From: Azolla caroliniana
Taxonomy: Eukaryota > Plantae > Polypodiophyta
DNA length: 64,000 nucleotides
Assembly: GCA_043228905.1 (NCBI GenBank)
Contig: JBHGNT010000004.1
Coordinates: 6,448,001 to 6,512,000 of the forward strand
Reading direction: 5' to 3'
Shown: piece after piece, positions 23,776 to 34,647 of the stretch
Layout: each line of letters opens with the position of its first letter
Position numbering within the stretch: the first letter of the stretch is position 1
Notes under the pieces: generated by a model
Told to the model about the DNA's origin: nothing
The model's input: the letters and a program-made list of their open reading frames with translations, nothing else
Databases searched by the model: none
Program-made: the position numbers and the translations under genes

Positions 23776-25625
23776 TAATTAGGTAATAATTCTTCCTTAA
23801 TTAATTACCTAATCCTTAACAACATGCTTCACATACTCCAATCTCTTTCTCTTTGAAGGTCGGAAGCCTGGTGACGACTCCTTTCGATTGCATCGCCTTG
23901 AGTTTGTTGAGATTGATATGGTCGATTCTTTTATGCCATGGCTCTATATTGGTGTCGGATTTGAGGCCCTTTGCGTACATGGCCGATTTCACCTCATTTG
24001 ACTTGAGGATAAACATTCTACCTTCTGTTTGACCCCGAGCGATGAGTCGGCCTTCCTTCTCGATGAAGCAACCACCTTGGTTGAATTGAACTTGCATCCC
24101 TTGCTCCACTATTTGGCCGACCGAGACCAAATTCTTCATTATGGTGGGTACATGTAATACATTTTTGATGCAAGTTTGTTTGCTGTCTTCCCCGAATGGG
24201 ACATTGCCAATATGTCAAATAGGATGAGTGGTGTCATCTCCGGTCTCGACATAACCGGGTCGATCCGGCTCTCGTATGTCTCGGAACCATTATTGATGAG
24301 ATGTCATATGGTTCGAAGCACCGGAGTCAACGAACATACATCTTCCGGATTGGAGGCATTAATCGAAGTAGAGGCCGACATAGAATTTTCTCTATGTCTC
24401 ATCACGAACATTCCGGCAAGGTCTTCATAATCGAAGTTAGTGGCATAATTTGTGAGTTGTCGGATTGTGGAAGCCGACTCATGCTTCTTCTTCCGGCACT
24501 CTTCTTCATGATGGCCGATTTTTCCGCAATATCCGCATTCGATCGAGTTTTGTCAACTCAAACCGGAATGGAAGCTCCTACTTCTTCCGAAGGTTCCTTG
24601 ATGGCTTCTGTCTTGTTTCCAAAATTGGGAGTTGTTGTCGTAAGTCGAACCTCGTCCGCCGCCTAGTCCTTGGCCAAATCGGCCTCTTGCTCGGCCACGT
24701 CCTCTTCCTCCATTCGAATGTGTGTAGAGCATGTGGCCTTCCAAGGCATTGCGCCTTGTTCGAACATGATTCTCTTCGACCAATAACATAGATTGAAAAT
24801 CGAAGAACGAGGGTGGATTCTCCCATGTTAATACAGCGGTCCGCATCACGCCAAATCGTGGTGCAAGTCGTTGAGGCATATTTGCACCATTTTGTCATCC
24901 TCCACATTGACACTGATTGAGCCGAGTGCATCACAAAGCTCCTTGATCTTCAAGGTGTAACTTGTGATGGACATATCCCTTTGTTGGATGTTGTTCAAGT
25001 CTTGGCGGAGTTGAAGCTTCCTTGCGGTCGTGTTGGCAGCGAAAATCTTTCGTAGATTTTCCCATGCTTCCTTCCGCGTCTCGGCTTCTCGAATGTAACC
25101 GAGCATGTGGTCGTGAACACATGTCGCCAAGCAATACATTACTCGACTTGCCACTTGCTCCCATGTTGCATAGTCAGCGTCTTCCGGGTCGAGCCAGTTT
25201 TCTTGTGCTTCTTTGATGTAGCTCCAATAGCCTTGACCGACAAGGTATTGATGCATCTTGTACTCCCAAGATGCGAAGTGGTTTCGGTCCAACTTCTGCC
25301 TAGGGAGAGCGCTCCCCATTTGAGTATTCATGGTGTTCGATGTAGATTTCTCCCTTCTTCTTCTCTCTTGAATACGTGCTATGTAGTCGCACTACGATAG
25401 CGATGAACCGGTTCTTCTTGAAGATCGGCGTAGAGCTCAAAACATGCGGATGGGCGAGATCAAGCTACCAAACCGCTCTGATACCATGTAAAGAATCGAT
25501 GGTGATCCTTGTGCAGCGGAATAGGTTAGAGATGTGCGTTATGTGTGTGTGTGTGTGTGAGAGAGAGAGATAGCGGAGAGAAACAAAAGATAGATTAGAG
25601 AGACAATAGAATACTCAAGAAGAAG

Positions 25626-26453
25626 TGTTGGGAGACAGGTCCCTCCGGATGGGAAGGAAGAAGAACAGTGCCGACGAACAAACTCGGCCGAGGCCGAAAC
25701 GGTATGAGGAGTACCCGGCTACGGAGAGCCGGATGATACAGACCCGGTGTGAACCGGATGAGGAGTACTCGGCTACGGAGAGCCGGATGGTGCAAGCCCG
25801 GTATGAACCGGATGAGGAGTACTCGGCTACGGAGAGTCGGATGGTGCAAGCCCGGTATGAACCGGATGAGGAGTACCCGGCTACGGAGAGCTGGATGGTG
25901 CAGGCCCGGTATGAACCGGATGAGGAGTACTCGGCTACGGAGAGCCGGATGGCGCAGGCCCGGTATGAACCGGGGGAAGAGACATATTCGTAAATATGTT
26001 TCTGAGAGCCCATTGTGGCTATATTTGTAAATAGCCGAAAAGTCATATTAGTATAAATATGACTTAGGGCAAACTAATATTAGTAGGTCGTTATTCTTCC
26101 TTGTTGGTGCAAGAAGAAGAGAGAGCGCGTAACTGTACAGAGAGAGAGAGAGAGAGAGAGAGAACAAGGTCGTTGCCTCTGTTGTAACCGCCACCTGTGG
26201 CGAAGAGCGTGAGTCCGAGGTCGTTGCCTCCGAGAACTCACTATTTTGTACATTCATACATAGTGACAGTTTGCAGCCTGTGGGCTGCCGTGGTTTTTCC
26301 TCCAGTTTGGGGTTTTCCACGTTAACCTCCTGTGTAGTGTGTGTGTGTATCTTCCTCTCCTTTGTATCGTGTTGTATTTCCCGTTTTTCTGTGTATGAGA
26401 AGAATCTCGGTTGTGGCCAAGCATTGCGCTTAAGGAACGTTGGGTTCCCGTCA
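25626..26453 (+). mobile_element. Solo LTR with 5-bp TSD AGAAG
   Basis: TG...CA ends; AGAAG at 25621-25625 and 26454-26458; similarity to the LTR family of the 3851-14903 element. Confidence 0.88.
25700..25975 (+). repeat. 54-bp tandem array (about 5 copies) inside the solo LTR U3
   Basis: GATGAGGAGTAC recurs at 25757, 25811, 25865 and 25919. Confidence 0.92.
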
Positions 26454-26712
26454 AGAAGTATATTACAAAGGAGATTAATCGACCTAATTACAAAGTAGGA
26501 GGTGAGTACTTTATATAGCCACTCTCTCTCTTTATTAAGTACCGAAGTTCATGGGTCATGGGGAATGTGAAAAGTCATTAGTTATGTGTCATAGAATATG
26601 ATTATATGACACATATTTGATGTGTAATTAAGAGTGGTGAATTTTGACCTTTGAGTGCACATTCTCAAGGGTGTGTTCAGACACTAGACTAGGTTGAGCT
26701 TGATTCTAAACA

Positions 26713-28960
26713 GGAGTGATTTTGCGCAGGGGAAGGTCTGTGTAGTTGAGAGAGAGAGAGAGAGAGAGGAAATACAGATATATAGAAAAAACCAAAAATT
26801 TGTATTAACAAGAATAAGACAACCAACAATTACAAGGAGGAGGAGACATGTGCTTATGTAGTCACCTTCTATCTATATTCTCTTTTTACAACCACCACTT
26901 ACAAAAAAGAGGTGGAGACTTAACTACACTAAATATGTGTCATAGAACTTTAAGTTTTATGACACACTAGTTACTATAATAGGAGGTGTGGTGTTCACAC
27001 ACTTGAGTATACTAAGGTGTGTTCCCACACTAGGGAAGTTGAGTTTGATTCTCAACATGCCCCTTCAAACGCAACTTTTGGTCGATGAGTAGTTGGTTTG
27101 GACTGGTCTTTGGGTCGGCTTCGGCTCATCGTTATGTTCCTTATTCCTCCCCCTCAAGCTTGGCTAGTTGGTGGTCAAGAGACCTAGGTTCGTTGTGAAT
27201 TGTCGCAGATTGTCGGTACCTAGGGCCTTTGTGAAGATGTCGACCATCTACGGGTTCGTGTTGATGTGTTGCAGGTCGACATCACCGGCCAGGACACGCT
27301 CTCGAATAAAGTGATAATGCACCTCAATGTGCTTAGTCCGAGCATGGAATATTGGGTTGTGGGCTAGGTGGATGTTGCTCATGTTGTCCCAATACATGAG
27401 AATCAGATCCTTCAAAATTCTCTTGCGCCAAATGACTTCACATATGGCGACGACCGCCCCCTTGTATTCAACTTCTGTGCTTGACAGTGAAACTGTCGGT
27501 TGCTTCTTACTACTCCACGATATGGATCCGCTCCCGAGGGAGAAGAAAAATCCTGATGTTCATCGTTTGTCGGCTTTGTAGTAGGTCTAGTCATCATCAG
27601 TGTACCCTTCGAGTTGAATCAGTGTGATAGATTTGTAGAGGATGTCATAATCCATGCCACATGGTACCACTCACATACCTTAATACTCTCTTAATAGCAC
27701 AATCGAGATGAATGTCACATGTAGTCTGCATGAAATGGCCAAGGAGGCCGATCGAGTAACTGAGATTGGGTTGGGTGATGGTGAGATAGATTAGGCTTCT
27801 GACTAGCTAACGGTAGAGAGTCAGCTCACACTCTTTTGTGCCATACTCGACTTCTAGCTTTAGGTTTCGATCAAGAGGAGTAGTGATGAGCTTACACTTT
27901 ATCATCCCAAACTTGTAAAGAAGATTGAGGATATAGTGTTGTTGGGATATCATGATGTCGTCTGGAGTCCAAACTACTTCTATCCCTAGAAAGTAATGGA
28001 GCTCCTTCATGTCTGTCATTTCAAATAAGCCAGAGAGCAGCTTATTGGTATGTTTGATAGCCCTGATGTGCTCTCCTCCAATGAGCGAGTCGTCCATATA
28101 AATTATGATGAATAGTTGTCCTCTAGAGTCGTTCCCGATGAACAAAGAATTGTTAGACTTGAACATTTTGAAGCCAATTTGGTGAAGATATTGGGTTATC
28201 TTTGAATGTCATGCTCTCGGTGTCTGCTTGAGACCATAAACAGATTTTTCGAGTCGGAAAATAGCAGTCGGATGTGTACTCGACTCGAATTCGGTTGGTT
28301 GTACCATGTACACCTCCTCTTCTAACTCATATTGGAGAAAGACGTTCTTCACGTCCATTTGGTGGAGGTGCCACCCTTCGGCTACTACAAGCGTGATCAT
28401 GGTTCGAACAGTTGTCATCTTTGTCACTGGGGAAAAGGTTTCTTCATAATCGACATCGTGTGTCTGTGCATACCCTTTTACCACAAGCCAGGCCTTATAC
28501 CGATTAACGGTGCCGTCAGCATTGTGCTTCACCTTGAATATCCATCAACAACCGATTCCCTTTTCATGGGATGAAGAGGGAATGAGATCCCATGTCTCGT
28601 TTTTGGAGAGTTCTTGCATCTCCTCATTCGTCACTTCGACCCATTGCGGGTTTTTTGCAACTTCGAAAAATGTTTCGGGTCTCGGACTATCACCACCTTC
28701 ATCATGAATGCATAATGATATGCCATGTAGTCATTGTAGCCGAATCGGTTGACTACGTTATTTTCTTGGGTGGAGTGATGTGGTGCCCGTAGTGTCCTCA
28801 TGCTAGGCACATCCAATCCACCATACTCACTGTCGGGTGAGTGATCCAATTCGTTTCCATCTGAGTCTTCGTACTTCAATAGTTTGATCTTTCCTTTGTC
28901 CTGTTTTGGACTCGGCCACGACGTGCTTTGGTCGCTCGGTGTATGCAAAATGTGGAAGTA
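26713..28960 (-). mobile_element. Copia remnant F: RT-RNase H pseudogene plus partial 3' LTR (26713-27057)
   Basis: RYKAWLVVKGY, IYMDD and RTKHIEVHYHFIRE fragments; LTR terminus rc TGTTGAGAATCAAACTCAAC. Confidence 0.78.
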
Positions 28961-30727
28961 TGCTTGAAGCTTGACAAGTCTTTGCCATAAGACAAGCAAG
29001 AAGTCTTATTGAATGGACTAGCTTAAGTTTGGGATATGCTTGAAACAGAGAAATTGTACAAAAATACATTTAAGCACAATTATGGTTTCAAGTATCGTCT
29101 CATGGAATGCACTCAAAAGAGGTTATAGACTATGGATATGCCGAGGAGGTGATGTATTAGTTTTGAATAGATGCAAGACAATATATGTATGTTGTTTACT
29201 TTAATTCTAATACCAATGGAGGATCATTTTTATGGAAAAAAAAACATCCCCCTTGTTCACGCATACCATAATAGATAGATCATACATAAGTACACCAAAT
29301 ATTGTTCCATGAGAGATTAAAGCGAAATCAAAGCAAGAGAAGAGGCCTATAGCAAAATGGGGGACTTGGCAATTGAAATTTTGCAAACCTCTAGACAAAT
29401 AGAGAAGTGGTTTGAAGGCCTCACATAATGTACAATTGACATATGAAGTGAAGCCCATAAAAAATTAGAATCATCATCCACCACATACATTGTATCAAGT
29501 CGACTCTAAGCCTATCTATGTTGCACAAAATGGAAGGTAAAACATGAATTATTCCAATGCAAAAAAGTCCATACATTGAACTAAGCATTTCGTCTAAGAT
29601 CATTCATGATTGAATTTTGTGACAAGAGTTGTGATGAATCAACACATGTTAAAATCACCCATAATTAATCTTAATCGGCCCATAAATAGAGTTTGCAAAT
29701 TAAACCTTATAAATGTATGTATACAAATTACAATTATTGCCAAGTTGAGCCTAAAGAGGATTAATTGGATTAAGATGATGAACGTTGAATGAATTTACAT
29801 GAAATACCTAGGATTGCAACTCCAATGTAACGTGTTGATCAAGAAACACCATGAATAAAGAACATATGCTTGTACAATGTTGCATTTGGGTCAAGGCAAC
29901 AATGTCATATCCTAGTTAAGCACACGACTCCTACAAATGGTTTAAGCGATGGAATGTGGCAACAATACTTACGTTCTCCATAGATGATATTCTCACAATG
30001 GACATCAAGCAATGCCTTGTAGATGTACTCATATCTAAATTACTCCCCAATAAATGCACTCGAGCGCATGTATACAAATTTTTTTATGAATATTTTAAGG
30101 AAATGATGGGATTTGCCTAACTATATATCACCATTAATAAAAAGGCTAATCCCCCTCCTCGTCATCCATACCCATGATCTTGAATTTCAAAGTGAAGCTC
30201 TAGAGGACTAGCTAGAGCACACATTTTGCTTGTGGATTATGGAGAGGAGCATCTAATGCTACTATTTAAAACACTCATGACCATCTACCACTACTTTCCG
30301 CCATCAATGACCATGTGCACCAACATCACACAACTTCTCTAAGTCAAACACAATAGCCCCTAATTCTTTGGCATGTATATGGTGGTACATGGTGGAGAAG
30401 AGCGAACTTCAATGGCTTGAATAAGTTGCTTGCTACTATACGAACACTATACCATGCATACATGTCTAGCTACAATAATTTTCTAGCCTTGCAATCAACA
30501 GGGAAGCTTATGAACTACAAGAAAGTTCTTGTCATTCACATGAAGAACACCTAGCTTCTAGTTATGTATGGGGTTGATGAAAGTAATAAAAATTTCACAA
30601 ACTTAAGCTTTACACCAGCAGGACCCTTACGGATGTTCAAGACCCTGACACCAACTTAAGGTATGTTGAATGATGAGAAATGGACGGGGGTGTGTGTTCA
30701 TAGAAGGAGGCTCTATTGGACTGTTAC

Positions 30728-30762
<35 letters not shown>

Positions 30763-31024
30763 CAAAGTTCGGAGATGTTGGAGAAGGGCAAACACTAATT
30801 TTGATGTATCTTCTTGCTACGGTGTCCGTTTGCTTTGTTCTTTAGCTCGTTTCGAAGCCTGCACATAGAGCTTTCTAAAGAGTATCTGCACGTATCATTT
30901 GGAGGTCTTGGTAGAACGTTACGAGTAAAAATTCCATTCGACTGCATGCATCTCATGATTGCTTGCTTTGATTCCTTCTCCAACACAATTACTTGTAAGT
31001 GAACTCTCTCCTATTTCTTGTCAT

Positions 31025-32356
31025 ATGGATGGTAGTGTTTTCATGAATATGGATGAGTCTCCAAATTCTTCAAAGGATGCGTGCATGGTTGAGTCAGTAT
31101 CAAGCCCAAGAGGGGATGGTAAAAGAAAACGATGTATTGGAGATAATAGTAATGACATGTCTTATGCTGATGCAATGCGACAAGATGATATTGAGAAAGA
31201 TGATAGTCATTGGGAACATTTAAGATGCATGGAAAATATATTAATGGAAGATTGTATAAGGGAGAATGTGAAAGTTGCTGAGGAGTTTGTTGATGATGAA
31301 GTGGCTAAGGTAAAAATAGACAATAAGGAGTTTTTGGGCTCATTTGCTAATTTTTGTGATAAAGGGGTCATATTGTTTTTCACGGGAAAGATACCTTTCC
31401 TTTGGAGGGTCAAACAATGGTTACGTGGGATTTTACAAGTTGATTGTGTTCAAGATGTTTATGCTGGTCCTCGTGGATTTTATGAGGTTGTTTTGGTATC
31501 ACAAGAGTATAAAGAGAAATTACTCAATAAATTGCCAGTTTTTTATGAAAAAAGTTTGGTTCATATTGTTCCGTGGAGACCATTAGTGGAATATCAAGAT
31601 ATATTAAAGCAAGAGTGTCTCGTATGGGTTGAGGTAGAGTGCACATATTCAGTGGTTTGGCCAATATTACGGTCAACGATGGAAAAGTTGGGAAAGATCT
31701 TGGTGCCTCCTAGTGCTAATGCTCAAAATTGATATCGGATGTGTATTCTTTGGAATACTACTAAAAAGAGGCCAAGTTGTTTACAGATTGCATGTTCTGG
31801 TATGCCACCTATGTATTTTCGGCTTAAATGGGGTACATTTGCAGGACATTGTTTCCATTGTGGTGTGTTGGGGCATTTTATGGCTGAATGTCCTCAAAAA
31901 AGAAATAATGTAGTAGAAGTGGTACATGAAGAGCCTACAACTCATGATCAGATTCAAGATTTGACAATTTTAGAGCAAACAAAGGAACCACAAATTGTGA
32001 ATGAGAAGGATGGAAAGACTCTAGAGGATGAAGGACAATGGTCAATAGTTTCTGGAAAGATGAAGAAGTCTAATAAAAAAGTTGGGCATAATGTATCTAT
32101 GGAGAAGGTCACACCGACACATCCCATGCGGAATAAACCACGGGCTCGTCAAGAGGACTATCCAAAGAAATTATCTTTTGATAATAAAGGTAATTTGTAT
32201 GTTCCTTGGAATAAACGGAAATCGGTGCCTCGTTCACAGGAGGAGCCATCGGGGTCTGGAGTTTTGCATTCCCATAGTAATTCATATGCAATCTTAGGGG
32301 ATTTATTTCAGGATATGGCAAAAACATTAGCAGTGAAGGAGAAGGAGATTTCTTGA
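31025..32356 (+). pseudogene. LINE ORF1 (DUF4283/RRM-like region plus CCHC knuckle), premature TGA at 31730
   Basis: GFYEV...VPW motif; CFHCGVLGHFMAEC. Confidence 0.8.
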
Positions 32357-33759
32357 ATAAAAGGAAAAAATAAAGTATGAAGATCACCACATGGAATATG
32401 AGGGGATTGTGTTCTAGATTTAGAATGTATGAGGTTTGGAGGATTGTGTTAAGTGAGCAATGGGATGTTTTATGTGCAGTAGAGCATAAAGATCATCGGA
32501 ATGATGGTTTAATTAGTTATTCTAAGGGTTATACATTATGTTATGCTGACAAGGTTCATGGGGATTATTTTGGGATTGTCATGTTTATAAGAGATAAATT
32601 TCACCCAAAAGTAATTGTTTCAGATGAATTTGGAAGATTTATTGTGGTAGAGATATGTTATGAAGGGCAAGCTATTTGGTTAGTTGGTGTGTATGCATCA
32701 AATGTTTCACAAGAACGAAAGTTGTTATGGAGATCTCTAAACTCAGTGCTTCATAATGGTAGACCGGGTTTATTGATGGGAGATTTTAATGTTTGTTGTG
32801 AGACAGATCAATCAACATCTATCCACTCTATTATGGATGGACTAGAGGCTCAAGAATGGGGAGATTTTGAGATTGAAGTTATGTTAAGGGATGTATGGAA
32901 ATGGATCAAGGGAGATGATCCTGGTTATACCTTTCAATCGGCTCAATATAAGGATACTTGGAGTAGGTTGGATTGAATGTATGTAATGCATACCGAAGGT
33001 TTTTTACTAGAGATTTTGGATATTTCAGTGTCTTATGGGTCAATTATATCATATCATTTCCCATTAATTTTTGAGTTCAATCACCACTCAATTAGAGGTT
33101 TTCATGAGTTTTTAGGAAAACCACCGTTGATTTTTAATTCATCATTTTTGGATCATGAGGTCTTCCATGCCTATATGTGTCAATTGATTGATGCATTTGC
33201 CTATCACGTTCAATTTGATGGGTATGAAGCGTGGGAAGTATTTGTTGCAAATGTTCAGAGGTTAACTAGATATTATGGAATTCACTATGCTTTTAAAAGG
33301 AGAAAGAAATTAAGTCTCCTAGTTAATTTGCTTGATAAATGCAACTCATTGTTAACTTATTGGCCAACGGATGTAGAGTTGATGGGATATCAAGAGGTAT
33401 TAATTTCTGCGATGCATGACCTAACGGCAAAAAATTATCAACATGCTAGACTACATCGTCTAAGACAAGAAGTGGATGATGCTAATTGTCAATCACATAA
33501 GTTTTTCCATGACCTTCATGAATCACATGCACGACATAATGTGGTAAGGTTAGAGGAAAATGGTATCATGTGTTCCGATCCTCAAGAAATTGTGAAGAAA
33601 TGCATAGAATATTATACACAATTGTTGGATGTACAAGTGTGTATCGATGATAATGTTAAAAAGGATAGAGATGCATTTTTTAATGGAGTGAAAAATCATG
33701 TATCGCATGATGTGGCACAATCATTAGATGCTAATATTTCAGAGGATGAGGTGGAACGT

Positions 33760-34647
33760 TGTCGGGGTAGTTGTGGTTCGTGTGGCGAAGTCGCAGGGAC
33801 TAAGGTCAAGGGGAGTTGAAGGAACTTTTATAAGGCTTGCGCTCAAATGTTAGGAAGATAAAGGATATGAAGAATAATAGTTTAAAGTAATATGTGTGAG
33901 AGAGAGACTAGTATAGATAAAAGATAGAGGCAATGTATGATTCAAGACGCAAGATAGAGACAAAGTATGATTTAAGACAAAAAAGTATATGATATGAACA
34001 TGATGTGTATTACGAATACAAGATTTTACCAACTTTACAATGTTTGGCAGCAAGATGAACCCTTTCTCTACCGACCCTTGATTCGAACTCTTGACTCCAA
34101 CTTGGAAACACGAGCCTCTTCACCAACAAGCTAACTTGTTTGTTTTTTTTATTATCTTATTTCTCTAACTTTCTCTTGATTCCCCTCCTTGTTTTCCCTT
34201 TCCCCTCTTTATATAAGTGTTGCCATGCATATGGTAATGTATGGGAGCATGGCATGCATGCAATGCATGAGTTACATGTAATGCATGATCGCCATTTGGC
34301 GCACATGCATTGCATGTGATGAATGATGGCTATGTATGAAAATAGATATGAGATAATTATAATGATGAAAATGCATTCTAAAATAACTAACCTAGCTTAG
34401 TGGTGTATGCTTGGTGCTTGGTATACAAGGTTGAGGGTTCAAGTCCCTCAATTTTACTTAATACAATATATAGCTTCATTCTTATATCATGAAGCACATT
34501 TATTACACACTTTTACAAATAAATAGCCTAGCCTAGTGGTATGTACATTGTACATCGTATATAAGGATGTGGGTTCAAGTCTCTCAAATATTATTAAATA
34601 CAACATTTAAGCTCATTTTTATATCGTGAAGCACATTCTTCACGACA
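33760..34647 (-). mobile_element. Gypsy-type solo LTR (888 bp) with 4-bp TSD ACGT
   Basis: TGTCG...TTCTTCACGACA termini as in the 4468-11783 element; ACGT at 33756-33759 and 34648-34651; removing it restores the LINE frame EDEVER-VMSHLANDKSPG. Confidence 0.9.
34381..34637 (+). promoter_or_regulatory. Two tandem 136-bp tRNA-like units with Pol III box A and box B inside the solo LTR
   Basis: Box A TAGCTTAGTGG (34393) and TAGCCTAGTGG (34529); box B GGTTCAAGTCC (34436) and GGTTCAAGTCT (34572); 32-bp A-B spacing. Confidence 0.7.

Larger units (their letters stand above)
23816..26712 (-). mobile_element. Copia remnant E: gag-PR-pre-INT, iMet PBS (25475-25486), 5' LTR 25487-26712 interrupted by a solo LTR
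   Basis: gag QKLDRNHFASWEYKMHQYL; rc TGGTATCAGAGC; LTR terminus rc TGTTTAGAATCAAGCTCAAC. Confidence 0.8.

Noticed and set aside
25700-25975. Regular repeats resembling a CRISPR array or repeat protein (EPDEEYSATESRMVQARY)
   Set aside because: Head-to-tail 54-mers without unique spacers, inside an LTR of a eukaryotic genome; ORFs arise because the unit length is divisible by 3
28960-30730. Possible decayed DNA-transposon coding sequence
   Set aside because: No motif could be read with confidence
34391-34455. Functional tRNA gene
   Set aside because: Boxes A and B are present but no convincing acceptor stem or full cloverleaf; treated as tRNA-derived promoter units
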